A stretch of 64,000 nucleotides of DNA, from the NCBI GenBank assembly GCA_017549765.1, contig JAFYNM010000029.1, positions 93,720 to 157,719 of the forward strand, in the 5' to 3' direction. The notes below the pieces were generated by a model, which saw only the letters and a program-made list of their open reading frames with translations, was not told the origin of the DNA and searched no databases. Made by a program: the position numbers and the translations under genes. How positions within the stretch are numbered: the first letter of the stretch is position 1; each line of letters begins with the position of its first letter. This DNA is from Bacteroidales bacterium (GTDB taxonomy: Bacteria; Bacteroidota; Bacteroidia; Bacteroidales; WCHB1-69). Below are positions 56,019 through 64,000 of this stretch, piece after piece.

Positions 56019-56996
56019 TTAGAAGCTATAGCCGATGCCTAAGCCGACCACCTCTTTAAATTGTACGCGTGCGCGAGGACCTTCGGAGAAGTTGCGCCAT
56101 GCCGGACCGTCGATCAAGACTTGGTCATAATACTTCAAAGAAGTCATCAAACTGACGCTGAAAACCTTCAGGAAATTGTAGGTGATGGCCACATCCCAAT
56201 CCACATCCCAGTTGAAGAATTTCTGTTGCTTGGAAGTATAGGGCGTGAACAAGGTGATGGTGGAGATAATCTTGAGATTCTTGGTCAGCGTGTAGTTGAT
56301 GCCACCGTTGATACGGAGACCCAGCGCAGCCATCACAGGCTTGTAGGTGCCGTCCTCGTTCTGCGGAAGACCGTAGTTGGGACGCAGGCTTTCATACATA
56401 CAGGTCGTCAGACGGCCGGCAATCGGGAAAATACCGACAGTGAAAATGTCGTTGGGACGGTATTCAACACCAAGTGCCAAGTCCGTATAGGAAGGTGACA
56501 GCCATTGGGAAATCAGCTTGTGGGTTCCAGCCTCATCATTGAGATATTTGAAACCGCGGGCATACTGGGATTTGAAACTTCCCAAGAGGGTGAGATACCA
56601 TTGCGGGTGCATCTGGAAACCGCCTTTGGTGGTCAGATTGATCTTGTCGTTGGCTTTTCTCCATGTCGGATTGAGGTCAGAGGTGTACATGGCACCCAGT
56701 TCTGTATCCAAGTTGGTGTCCCACGTCCATTTGTTTTTCTTGTACGACAGGGTCATATTGGCATAGACAAAGCCCGTCACGTTATTGTTACCACCAGCGG
56801 CCCAGTTGAAGAGAGCTGTTTGGGCAGCATTCAGACCTACCGTACCCGTGTATTTCCAGTTCTTGGCACTGTCAATTTCAGCAGCCTTTACGGTGGTGGC
56901 TACAGCCGCATCGGCAGCGGCTTTTTCTTCCACTTGAGCATTCAAAAGCACCATAGTGCTGATGCCCAACAAAATAAGTAAAAATAACTTTTTCAT
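56019..56996 (-). CDS. DUF3078 family outer-membrane beta-barrel protein
   Basis: 325 aa with a signal peptide. WKYTGTVGLNAAQTALFNWAAGGNN is the DUF3078 hallmark as I remember it. A C-terminal aromatic residue (...GIGYSF) is typical of OM barrels. Confidence 0.7.
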   Translation of the reverse strand: MKKLFLLILLGISTMVLLNAQVEEKAAADAAVATTVKAAEIDSAKNWKYTGTVGLNAAQTALFNWAAGGNNNVTGFVYANMTLSYKKNKWTWDTNLDTELGAMYTSDLNPTWRKANDKINLTTKGGFQMHPQWYLTLLGSFKSQYARGFKYLNDEAGTHKLISQWLSPSYTDLALGVEYRPNDIFTVGIFPIAGRLTTCMYESLRPNYGLPQNEDGTYKPVMAALGLRINGGINYTLTKNLKIISTITLFTPYTSKQQKFFNWDVDWDVAITYNFLKVFSVSLMTSLKYYDQVLIDGPAWRNFSEGPRARVQFKEVVGLGIGYSF

Positions 56997-57019
56997 ACGG
57001 TATGATTTTAATGAATAAT

Positions 57020-58195
57020 TTAATGATTCAACTTATGATAGGCTCGCCACCATTTGTCGGGGATAATGTCCTGGCATGCCAGATTGTAATCCCGTTCGGA
57101 GCACGGCAGATAATACTTCTGCACCACCGTCTGATCGGGGGAGATGATCGGCACAACCATCCACCAGCGATTGGTCTTGCGGCTGCAGAAAAAGACCAGC
57201 TCGTCAAAAGCGCCCGACACCTCAATACTATATTGCCGGTAGTTCTGCTTGTTGCCGAAATCACTGTCTTTCTGTCGATGCAGGTAACCTTCCACAAAAT
57301 ACCAGAGGATGTGGCTGATCAACTGGGCAGTCTGTCCGCCATAATCCAATGTTGGGTCGAACTCAAAGATGCCGAAGGAGGATAGTTTGTCGCTCACGCC
57401 GGCATATTTGGCGATCTGGCAGATCTCCTCGCCATAGAATCCATTGGAGGAGTTGTGCGGACAGCCGGGAGCGTCCGGACGACGCACCGCCGCGATGTCG
57501 ATGGAGACCATGTCGGCATTGCGCACCAACGGCTCTATCTCTTCCATGTTCTTGCGCATGGTGCCCACCCGATAGACTTCAAAGAAGAGATCCTCCATCA
57601 GTTTGGTACTGGCCGGACTGTTCATATAGGTTTGATAGCCAATATTGGCATAGTTCATCAGAAAGTTGGGCTGCTGCAACACGATCTTGTTGAGATAGGC
57701 GTCGGAACGCATCGGCTCCGTCTCCTCACCCAAATCGAAACGGGGATCCACAGCCACCAGATTGACTACCCGCTCCATCTTCTCGTAGGCCCGATAATTG
57801 GCGAAAGCCAAATCATTGCTGCCGCCCAAAATGATGGGTATCACCTTGTTGCTGAGCATGTCAGCGATGATATCTGAAAGAGCGCTGTAGGTGTCCTCCA
57901 CCCTATTGCCGACCTTGAGGTTGCCCATATCGATGATACGGACCGCCTTGTTCCAACGATAGAGGGTATAGAAAGAACGTCGGATCTCATCCGGGCCAAG
58001 CGCACAGTTGTCGTTTCGGTAGCTGTTGCGCGCCTCCGGGACCCCGAGAATCGCGATGTCCGCCTCGGCAATATCCAACGGCTCCTCCGGATTATAGAAC
58101 AAAACCTGATGGGCCAACTGATCCTGGCTGACCAGCTGGTCTATAATACCCAGGTTGTCTATGTCAACACTATCAAAGTATAATGCATAATCCAT
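57020..58195 (-). CDS. Arginase/formimidoylglutamase-fold protein with degenerate metal-binding motifs
   Basis: 391 aa. Ureohydrolase-like layout, but the motif positions read ILGGSND (canonical GGDHS), VAVDPRFD (canonical DAHxD) and SIDIAAVRRPDAP (canonical SxDxDxxDP). Confidence 0.6.
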   Translation of the reverse strand: MDYALYFDSVDIDNLGIIDQLVSQDQLAHQVLFYNPEEPLDIAEADIAILGVPEARNSYRNDNCALGPDEIRRSFYTLYRWNKAVRIIDMGNLKVGNRVEDTYSALSDIIADMLSNKVIPIILGGSNDLAFANYRAYEKMERVVNLVAVDPRFDLGEETEPMRSDAYLNKIVLQQPNFLMNYANIGYQTYMNSPASTKLMEDLFFEVYRVGTMRKNMEEIEPLVRNADMVSIDIAAVRRPDAPGCPHNSSNGFYGEEICQIAKYAGVSDKLSSFGIFEFDPTLDYGGQTAQLISHILWYFVEGYLHRQKDSDFGNKQNYRQYSIEVSGAFDELVFFCSRKTNRWWMVVPIISPDQTVVQKYYLPCSERDYNLACQDIIPDKWWRAYHKLNH

Positions 58196-58198
58196 GAT

Positions 58199-60688
58199 TT
58201 ACGATCTTTTGGTGGATTTACGTTTGGATGTGGGGGCGGTGGTGGCCATGATCTCCTGACACTCGGCATAGGTCAGGTTCTCCGCCAACATGCCCTTCGG
58301 GATCTTGTAGTTGTTGCTGCCATCGGTAATGTAAGCTCCGTAGCGGCCATTCATGACACGCACGTTGCTGTTCTCTTCGTATTTGCGGATGACATTTTTA
58401 TTGTCAACATTCTTCAAATAATCAATCGCGGCCTCTTCCGTCATCCCGGCGATGTCAGTATTCTTGTCGAGGGTGAAGTTCTTGTCGTCGTATTTCAAAT
58501 ACGGGCCATAGCGACCGATAACGGCGTAGATCTCCTTGTCGTTCCACTTGCCGATGAGCTTGGGTGCGCGGTCGGCAGCCTCTTTACGCTTGGCATTGAT
58601 CAACTCCACACAACGCTCATACGTGATGGAGAGCGGATCTTCAGTCTTGGGAATGGTGACAAACGTGGTGTTGTATTTCACATACGGACCGAAACGGCCG
58701 GAGCCGACGACGACATCATAGCCTTCGTATTGGCCCAAGTTGCGAGGCAGCTGAAATAGTCCCAGGGCCTCTTCCAAGGTGATGGTCTCGATGAACTGGT
58801 TGGGTTGCAGACGGGCATAACGAGGCTTGGCATCAGCATAGTTCTCCCCTATCTGCACCATCGGGCCATACTTGCCCAGCTTGGCAAAGACCTTCTCGTT
58901 GGTCTTGGGATCGTAACCTAACAGACGCTCGCCACTGGCCTTGGAAGAGTAGTTCAAAGCATCGTCCACAGAATGATGGAAATCGGCATAGAATCTCTTC
59001 AACATCTCCTGCCACTGCTCTTTGCCCTCCGCGATCTCGTCAAAGTCCTTCTCCACATCAGCGGTGAATCCGTAATCCATGATCTTGTCGAAGTTCTCCT
59101 GCAGATAACCGTTCACGACAATACCCACATCCGTCGGGAACAATTTGTCTTTCTCGTATCCGTATTTCTCTTTCTTCTCATCGGATTTGATATTCCCGTC
59201 TTTCAAGGTGATCACCTCATATTTGCGCTCCTTGCCCGGACGAGAGGATCTGTCCACATAGCCTCTCTTCTGGATGGTCGTGATGGTCGGGGCGTAGGTG
59301 GAAGGACGGCCGATGCCCAACTCTTCCATCTTCTTCACAAGACTGGCCTCCGTGTAACGGGCTGGCGGCTGAGCATAACGCTGTGTGGCGGTCACACTCT
59401 TGGCCAACATGGCCTCGCCCACCTGTACGGCAGGCAACAAGCCCTTCACTTCCTCTACATCTTCGTCTTTGGACTCCGTATATACGCGCAAGAATCCCGG
59501 GAACAGGATCACCTCGCCGGTAGCCACGAATTTCTCCGGACGGTTGGAGATGGGAATGGAGATGTTCGTCTTTTCTGTCTTGGCATCGCTCATCTGGGAG
59601 GCGATCGTACGCTTCCAGATCAGGTTATACAAGTTCTTGGCAAAAGTGTCGCCCGGCACCGTCAGTCTGGACATGTCGGTGGGACGGATGGCCTCGTGGG
59701 CTTCCTGAGCGCCTTTGGACTTGGTCACATACTTGTGGGGATGGGCATACTCAGCGCCGTATTGCTCCGTGATCACCTCTTTGGCAGATGCCAGGGCGAA
59801 AGCGGAGAGGTTGACAGAGTCGGTACGCATATAGGTGATGAAACCGGCTTCGTAAAGCTGCTGCGCCACCACCATCGTCTTGCTGACCGTGAAGCCCAGC
59901 TTGCGGGCGGCCTCCTGTTGCAAGGTGGATGTGGTGAACGGTGGCGCCGGGCTCTTCTTGCCTGGGGTCTTCTCGATAGCCTCAATACTGTAAGTGGCTG
60001 TCTTGCAGTCCTCCAAAAAGGCCAGCGTCTCGTCATGACTGGCAAAACGTTTGTTTAACTCTGCCGTGAGCTCCAGTTTCTTGTCTCTTTCCGGATAGAG
60101 ATGACCTTCCACCTTGAACGAAGAGGTGGTGTTGAACTTCTCAATCTCATGCTCGCGTTCCACGATCAGCTTGACAGCCACCGACTGCACGCGCCCCGCC
60201 GACAACTGCGGCTTCACCTTGCGCCAAAGCACCGGCGACAACTCAAAACCGACCAGACGGTCCAACACACGACGGGCCTGCTGCGCATTGACCACGTTCA
60301 TATCCAACTCTCTGGGGTTGTTCAAGGCATTCTCGATGGCATTCTTGGTAATCTCATGGAAGACAATACGTTTCACCTTCTTAGGATCCATGCCGGTGAC
60401 TTCCATAAGATGCCAGGAGATGGCCTCTCCCTCACGGTCGTCATCCGTTGCCAGCCAGATGGTGTCGGCTTCTTTGGACAATTTCTTGATGTCGGCGATC
60501 AACGCTTTCTTGTCATCCAGAATCAGATAGTTGGGTTCAAAGTTCTTGGTCACGTCAATGCCCATATCCTTCAAGGGCAAATCGCGTACATGTCCTTTGC
60601 TGGATATCACCGTAAAGTCCTTTCCGATGAACTTTTGGATGGTCTTGGCCTTCGCGGGTGACTCTACAATAATTAAATTTTTGCTCAT
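58199..60688 (-). CDS. topA: DNA topoisomerase I
   Basis: 829 aa. Toprim N-terminus MSKNLIIVESPAKAKTIQKFIG. Active-site region FITYMRTDS. C-terminal repeats GRFGPYVKY / GRYGPYLKY / GRYGAYITD. Confidence 0.95.
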   Translation of the reverse strand: MSKNLIIVESPAKAKTIQKFIGKDFTVISSKGHVRDLPLKDMGIDVTKNFEPNYLILDDKKALIADIKKLSKEADTIWLATDDDREGEAISWHLMEVTGMDPKKVKRIVFHEITKNAIENALNNPRELDMNVVNAQQARRVLDRLVGFELSPVLWRKVKPQLSAGRVQSVAVKLIVEREHEIEKFNTTSSFKVEGHLYPERDKKLELTAELNKRFASHDETLAFLEDCKTATYSIEAIEKTPGKKSPAPPFTTSTLQQEAARKLGFTVSKTMVVAQQLYEAGFITYMRTDSVNLSAFALASAKEVITEQYGAEYAHPHKYVTKSKGAQEAHEAIRPTDMSRLTVPGDTFAKNLYNLIWKRTIASQMSDAKTEKTNISIPISNRPEKFVATGEVILFPGFLRVYTESKDEDVEEVKGLLPAVQVGEAMLAKSVTATQRYAQPPARYTEASLVKKMEELGIGRPSTYAPTITTIQKRGYVDRSSRPGKERKYEVITLKDGNIKSDEKKEKYGYEKDKLFPTDVGIVVNGYLQENFDKIMDYGFTADVEKDFDEIAEGKEQWQEMLKRFYADFHHSVDDALNYSSKASGERLLGYDPKTNEKVFAKLGKYGPMVQIGENYADAKPRYARLQPNQFIETITLEEALGLFQLPRNLGQYEGYDVVVGSGRFGPYVKYNTTFVTIPKTEDPLSITYERCVELINAKRKEAADRAPKLIGKWNDKEIYAVIGRYGPYLKYDDKNFTLDKNTDIAGMTEEAAIDYLKNVDNKNVIRKYEENSNVRVMNGRYGAYITDGSNNYKIPKGMLAENLTYAECQEIMATTAPTSKRKSTKRS

Positions 60689-60701
60689 AGTATATCAGTT
60701 T

Positions 60702-61295
60702 TTATTTTTCTTCATTTTGTACTGAGGGCATGTCGTAAGCATAACCCAGCAGCTCTTCGACAGTCTCCCGGTCATTTTGCACGATAGCCGTACGGATGGC
60801 AGCGGAATGAACGCCTGACTTATGCAGCATGTACTCCGGAATGGGGACAACCTGGACCTGATGTTCCTCACAATAACGGGCGATGGCGTCGCCGGTGCCC
60901 TCTTTGTGATGGCCGATGGTATGGTTGGGGCCCATCAGCAAATATCGGGCATGGAGCGCATCGAACACGTAACGCTGGAGGAATTCACGATAATCGCAAG
61001 CCGCCAGCTCCATCGTGAACGGCAACACCAGCACGGCATCCACCCCTTGCGCCTCCATCAACGACAGATTCTTCTGCAAGGTGTTGATGGTGAAAAAGGG
61101 CTCTTCCGGATGCAAGACCTGCTGCGGATGGGGATCGAAGGTGACGACGACGCTACGACAGTCGTGCTCTTTGGCGGTAGCACACAGCCATTGCAGGATG
61201 TGACGATGTCCCAAATGAACACCGTCAAACGATCCTATGGCTACCACAGAAGCCTTGTCGTCCCGGATCTCCGATATGTCTCTGAAGACCTGCAT
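60702..61295 (-). CDS. FMN adenylyltransferase (FAD synthetase) domain protein lacking the riboflavin kinase domain
   Basis: 197 aa. VVAIGSFDGVHLGHRHIL is the RibF N-terminal nucleotidyltransferase motif. The ORF ends right after the LLGYAY segment, where bifunctional RibF proteins continue into the kinase domain. Only 13 nt separate its stop from the topA start. Confidence 0.75.
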   Translation of the reverse strand: MQVFRDISEIRDDKASVVAIGSFDGVHLGHRHILQWLCATAKEHDCRSVVVTFDPHPQQVLHPEEPFFTINTLQKNLSLMEAQGVDAVLVLPFTMELAACDYREFLQRYVFDALHARYLLMGPNHTIGHHKEGTGDAIARYCEEHQVQVVPIPEYMLHKSGVHSAAIRTAIVQNDRETVEELLGYAYDMPSVQNEEK

Positions 61296-61300
61296 GCCGC

Positions 61301-63769
61301 TTAGTTTCTCAATGTCGCACCTGCCTCGCGCTCGTAGGCGGCAATCAGTTTGTTCATCACCTTGTTGATCTCTTCGTCCGTCAAGGTCTTGTCAGGATGC
61401 TGCAACACGAAGTTGAGCGCGTAGGACTTTTTGCCCTGCTCGATCTTATCACCTTCATAAACATCAAACAAGGAGATCTGCTTCATGAGTTTGGATCCAT
61501 ATTTGTATCCAATCTGCTCCAAGGTCTCATAGGAAACCGACTTGTCAACCACCAATGCCAGGTCACGTTTAACGGATGGATAGGTGGCAATCTTGTTGTA
61601 TTCCACTGCGCCCTTGACGAGGCTCATAATAGCGGGCCAGTTCAGCTCGGCATAGCAGACAGGTTTCTTCAAAGAGACAGCTTTCAAGACGGCTGGAGAG
61701 AGCAAACCGAAGGTGGCAATCCACTCTTCTCCCACATAGTAGGAATAATGGTCTGTAAACATGCGTGGTTGCTCGTCCACCTTGCCCATCATACGCTCAA
61801 TCGGGAAGTTGATGCGCGTCAGGATATTGAAGATCATATTCTTCAAATAGAAGACATCCAGATCCTCGGCTTTGTGATTCCAGCTGTCCTCACCCGTCTT
61901 GCCCGTCACGAAGAGCGCCAGCTCCTCATGCTCCTGATAACGTATAGTGACATCCTCCCCGCGTTCTGTGGCAGGATTCAAGGAATATATCTTGCCGAAT
62001 TCAAAGAAACGCAGATTGGCACTCTTGTTGTTCACATTGCGGGCCACATTCTCCAAACCACTGAAAAGGAGCGTCTGACGCAACACATTCAGCTCGGTGC
62101 TCAACGGATTCAACAATTTGACCGTTTCGTCTGATGGGATGAAATCGAATTGCTCTGCATAGTCGCCACGCGTCAGAGAGTTGTTCACCACCTCGTAGAA
62201 GCCGTTGTCAGCCAGATAGCGGGAAACCGTCATCTGGAGCTGATAGGCAAGGTTCTGACCTTGACAAGAGGTGAGCTTGAACTGGATAGTGTCGGGAATC
62301 TCAATGTTGTTGTAACCATATATGCGAAGAACCTCTTCGATAAGGTCTATGGGGCGGGTCACATCCACCTTGTTCAACGGAACCGTCACAATACAATAGT
62401 CTTCTGTGAAGGAGTTGATTTCGATATTGAGCAGTTGGAGGATCTTCGTCACCTGATCCTTGGGGATCGCCTTGCCGGCGATCTTGTTGACCTCGTCATA
62501 ATACAGGGTAATGCAGGCGGGCTCGATCTTCACGGGATAGATATCGTTGATGTCGGCAAGCATATTGGCGCCCGTCAGAGACTGGATCAAGTTGGCCGCT
62601 CTTTTCAAGGCATAGATGGTGATGTCGGGATCGCAGCCGCGCTCATAACGGAAGGAGGCGTCCGTCTTCAGCCCGTGACGTTTGGCCGTCTTGCGGATGG
62701 AGACTGGGTTGAAATAGGCACTCTCCAGGAAGACGCGGGTGGTCTCACGGGTGATGCCGGATTGCAGACCGCCATAGACGCCGGCGATGCACATGCCCTC
62801 CTCTTCATTGCAGATCATCAAATCTTCCGCATCCAGTTTGACCTCGTTGCCATCCAGTGTGACAAACGGGGTGCCCTGCGGCAGATTCTTCACGATGACC
62901 TTGTTGCCCTTGATCTTGTCGGCATCAAAGGCGTGCATGGGCTGGCCGAGCTCCAACATGATGTATTGGGTCACATCCACCACATTGTTGATGGGACGGA
63001 CGCCAACGGATTTGAGCTTGGTCTGCAACCATTCGGGAGAGTCGGCTACCGTGACATTATCCAGATAGACGGAGGAATAGCGGGGACAAGCCTTCGCATT
63101 TTCCACAGTAACATCGATATGGAATTTTACATTGGAGATAGGCTTGATATCATGCGCAGAGGGAAGCACCAGCGGAGAACACTCCAGGCCGTTCTGGACA
63201 AGGGCGGCATAGAGGTCGCGGGCGACACCGACATGGGAGATGGCGTCACAACGGTTAGGTGTGAGCCCGATCTCAAAGACCGTGTCTGTGCCCACATGGA
63301 AATACTCGGATGCCGGAGTGCCGGGCACGGCGTCGGGGTCCAAGACCATGATGCCGTCATGGGAAGTGCCCAAGCCAATCTCGTCTTCTGCACAGATCAT
63401 GCCCTCGGACAACTCTCCACGCAACTTGGACTTCTTGATGGTAAAAGACTCATCGCCCGAATAGAGCACAGTGCCGATAGTAGCTACCACCACTTTCTGT
63501 CCGGCAGCAACATTGGCGGCGCCGCAGACGATATGGAGGGGCTCCTCTTGCCCGACATTCACGGTAGTCACATGTAAATGATCAGAGTTGGGATGAGCCT
63601 CGCAAGTCAGCACCTCACCGATGACCAATCCGCGCAAGCCTCCTTTGACGGTCTCAAACGTCTCCATGCCCTCCACTTCGAGGCCACAATTCGTGAGATA
63701 CACCGCGGTTTCTTCGGCGGATAAATCAAAAGTAAGCAGGTCTTTTAACCATTTGTAAGAAATCTTCAT
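61301..63769 (-). CDS. pheT: Phenylalanine--tRNA ligase beta subunit
   Basis: 822 aa. MKISYKWLKDLL N-terminus, tRNA-binding domain, B3/4 and B5 domains, and a C-terminal anticodon-binding-like domain. Confidence 0.95.
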   Translation of the reverse strand: MKISYKWLKDLLTFDLSAEETAVYLTNCGLEVEGMETFETVKGGLRGLVIGEVLTCEAHPNSDHLHVTTVNVGQEEPLHIVCGAANVAAGQKVVVATIGTVLYSGDESFTIKKSKLRGELSEGMICAEDEIGLGTSHDGIMVLDPDAVPGTPASEYFHVGTDTVFEIGLTPNRCDAISHVGVARDLYAALVQNGLECSPLVLPSAHDIKPISNVKFHIDVTVENAKACPRYSSVYLDNVTVADSPEWLQTKLKSVGVRPINNVVDVTQYIMLELGQPMHAFDADKIKGNKVIVKNLPQGTPFVTLDGNEVKLDAEDLMICNEEEGMCIAGVYGGLQSGITRETTRVFLESAYFNPVSIRKTAKRHGLKTDASFRYERGCDPDITIYALKRAANLIQSLTGANMLADINDIYPVKIEPACITLYYDEVNKIAGKAIPKDQVTKILQLLNIEINSFTEDYCIVTVPLNKVDVTRPIDLIEEVLRIYGYNNIEIPDTIQFKLTSCQGQNLAYQLQMTVSRYLADNGFYEVVNNSLTRGDYAEQFDFIPSDETVKLLNPLSTELNVLRQTLLFSGLENVARNVNNKSANLRFFEFGKIYSLNPATERGEDVTIRYQEHEELALFVTGKTGEDSWNHKAEDLDVFYLKNMIFNILTRINFPIERMMGKVDEQPRMFTDHYSYYVGEEWIATFGLLSPAVLKAVSLKKPVCYAELNWPAIMSLVKGAVEYNKIATYPSVKRDLALVVDKSVSYETLEQIGYKYGSKLMKQISLFDVYEGDKIEQGKKSYALNFVLQHPDKTLTDEEINKVMNKLIAAYEREAGATLRN

Positions 63770-63798
63770 AATCCTATTCGTTTGTTTGTTAATGAGTT

Positions 63799-63828
63799 AA
63801 ACAAAAATGCCCATTTTTGGAAATGGGC
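63799..63828 (-). terminator. Rho-independent terminator after yidD, inside the pheT upstream region
   Basis: Stem gcccattt (63809-63816) pairs with aaatgggc (63821-63828), loop ttgg. On the minus strand it is followed by ATTTTTGTTT. Confidence 0.65.
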
Positions 63829-63878
63829 TGCAAATATATAATATATATAATAAAATTGGTAGGGGGCGAAGATTTTTT

Positions 63879-64000
63879 TTACGGAACGGGGTCAAAGCCA
63901 CTGCCTCCCCATGGATTGCATGACAAGATGCGCTTGAGGGTGAGCCAGCCTCCTTTCAACGGACCATGCTTACGGATAGCCTCGATGCCGTAGTTGGAAC
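63879..64000 (-). CDS. yidD: Membrane protein insertion efficiency factor YidD, C-terminal part (5' end beyond the right window edge)
   Basis: Hand translation of the reverse strand: ...[39 protein letters not shown], then stop TAA (63881-63879). This matches the YidD C-terminal consensus (HG..KG..L...RI.RC.P...GG.DPVP). Not in the ORF track because it is edge-truncated. Confidence 0.85.
   Translation of the reverse strand, partial: SNYGIEAIRKHGPLKGGWLTLKRILSCNPWGGSGFDPVP

Noticed and set aside
62150-63577. 475-aa plus-strand ORF
   Set aside because: It is antisense to pheT, for the same reason as above. Also rejected as antisense shadows: 58973..60058 (topA), 44409..45317 (pckA), 12995..13759 (cysS), 29729..30601 (etfA), 30700..31545 (etfB), 36529..37011 (tpiA) and 23691..24890 (M49 peptidase).

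Overview
The window reads as a chromosomal segment of a Bacteroidota (Bacteroidales-like) anaerobe. This is an inference from four things: the exact sigma-A -7 box TAnnTTTG 9-97 nt upstream of at least 16 genes, no Shine-Dalgarno usage, T9SS C-terminal sorting domains, and FISUMP/DUF4293/DUF3078-type proteins. It is densely coding. I support 57 CDS (two of them edge-truncated and missing from the ORF track), one tRNA-His, 7 intrinsic terminators, about 19 promoter or regulatory sites and 4 short tandem-repeat arrays. Most genes are housekeeping: cysS, asnS, pheT, tgt, mnmE, recF, topA, tpiA, pckA, ddh, rpoD and rpoN. There is also a butyrate-type acyl-CoA block: CoA-transferase B, bcd, etfBA, crt and hbd. 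Many track ORFs start at TTG or GTG and are too long, so I re-set their starts to the first ATG downstream of a -7 box. I saw no transposase, integrase, CRISPR array or rRNA. The items most worth a second look are: (1) an ECF sigma factor translationally coupled to a membrane-anchored protein whose only folded outer module is a T9SS type-B sorting domain, with an ECF-type autoregulatory promoter; (2) a 0.74-kb spacer of about 17-18% GC with no annotated gene between a divergent HTH gene and tpiA; (3) a low-GC island (FISUMP lipoprotein plus a 544-aa secreted orphan) between murC and ddh; (4) a family of heptamer tandem repeats in spacers that flank central-metabolism genes; (5) a FISUMP protein with an internal T9SS-CTD-like module; (6) a HepT/MntA toxin-antitoxin pair sitting directly upstream of cysS. 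All domain calls come from motif recognition by eye. No HMM or database search was run.
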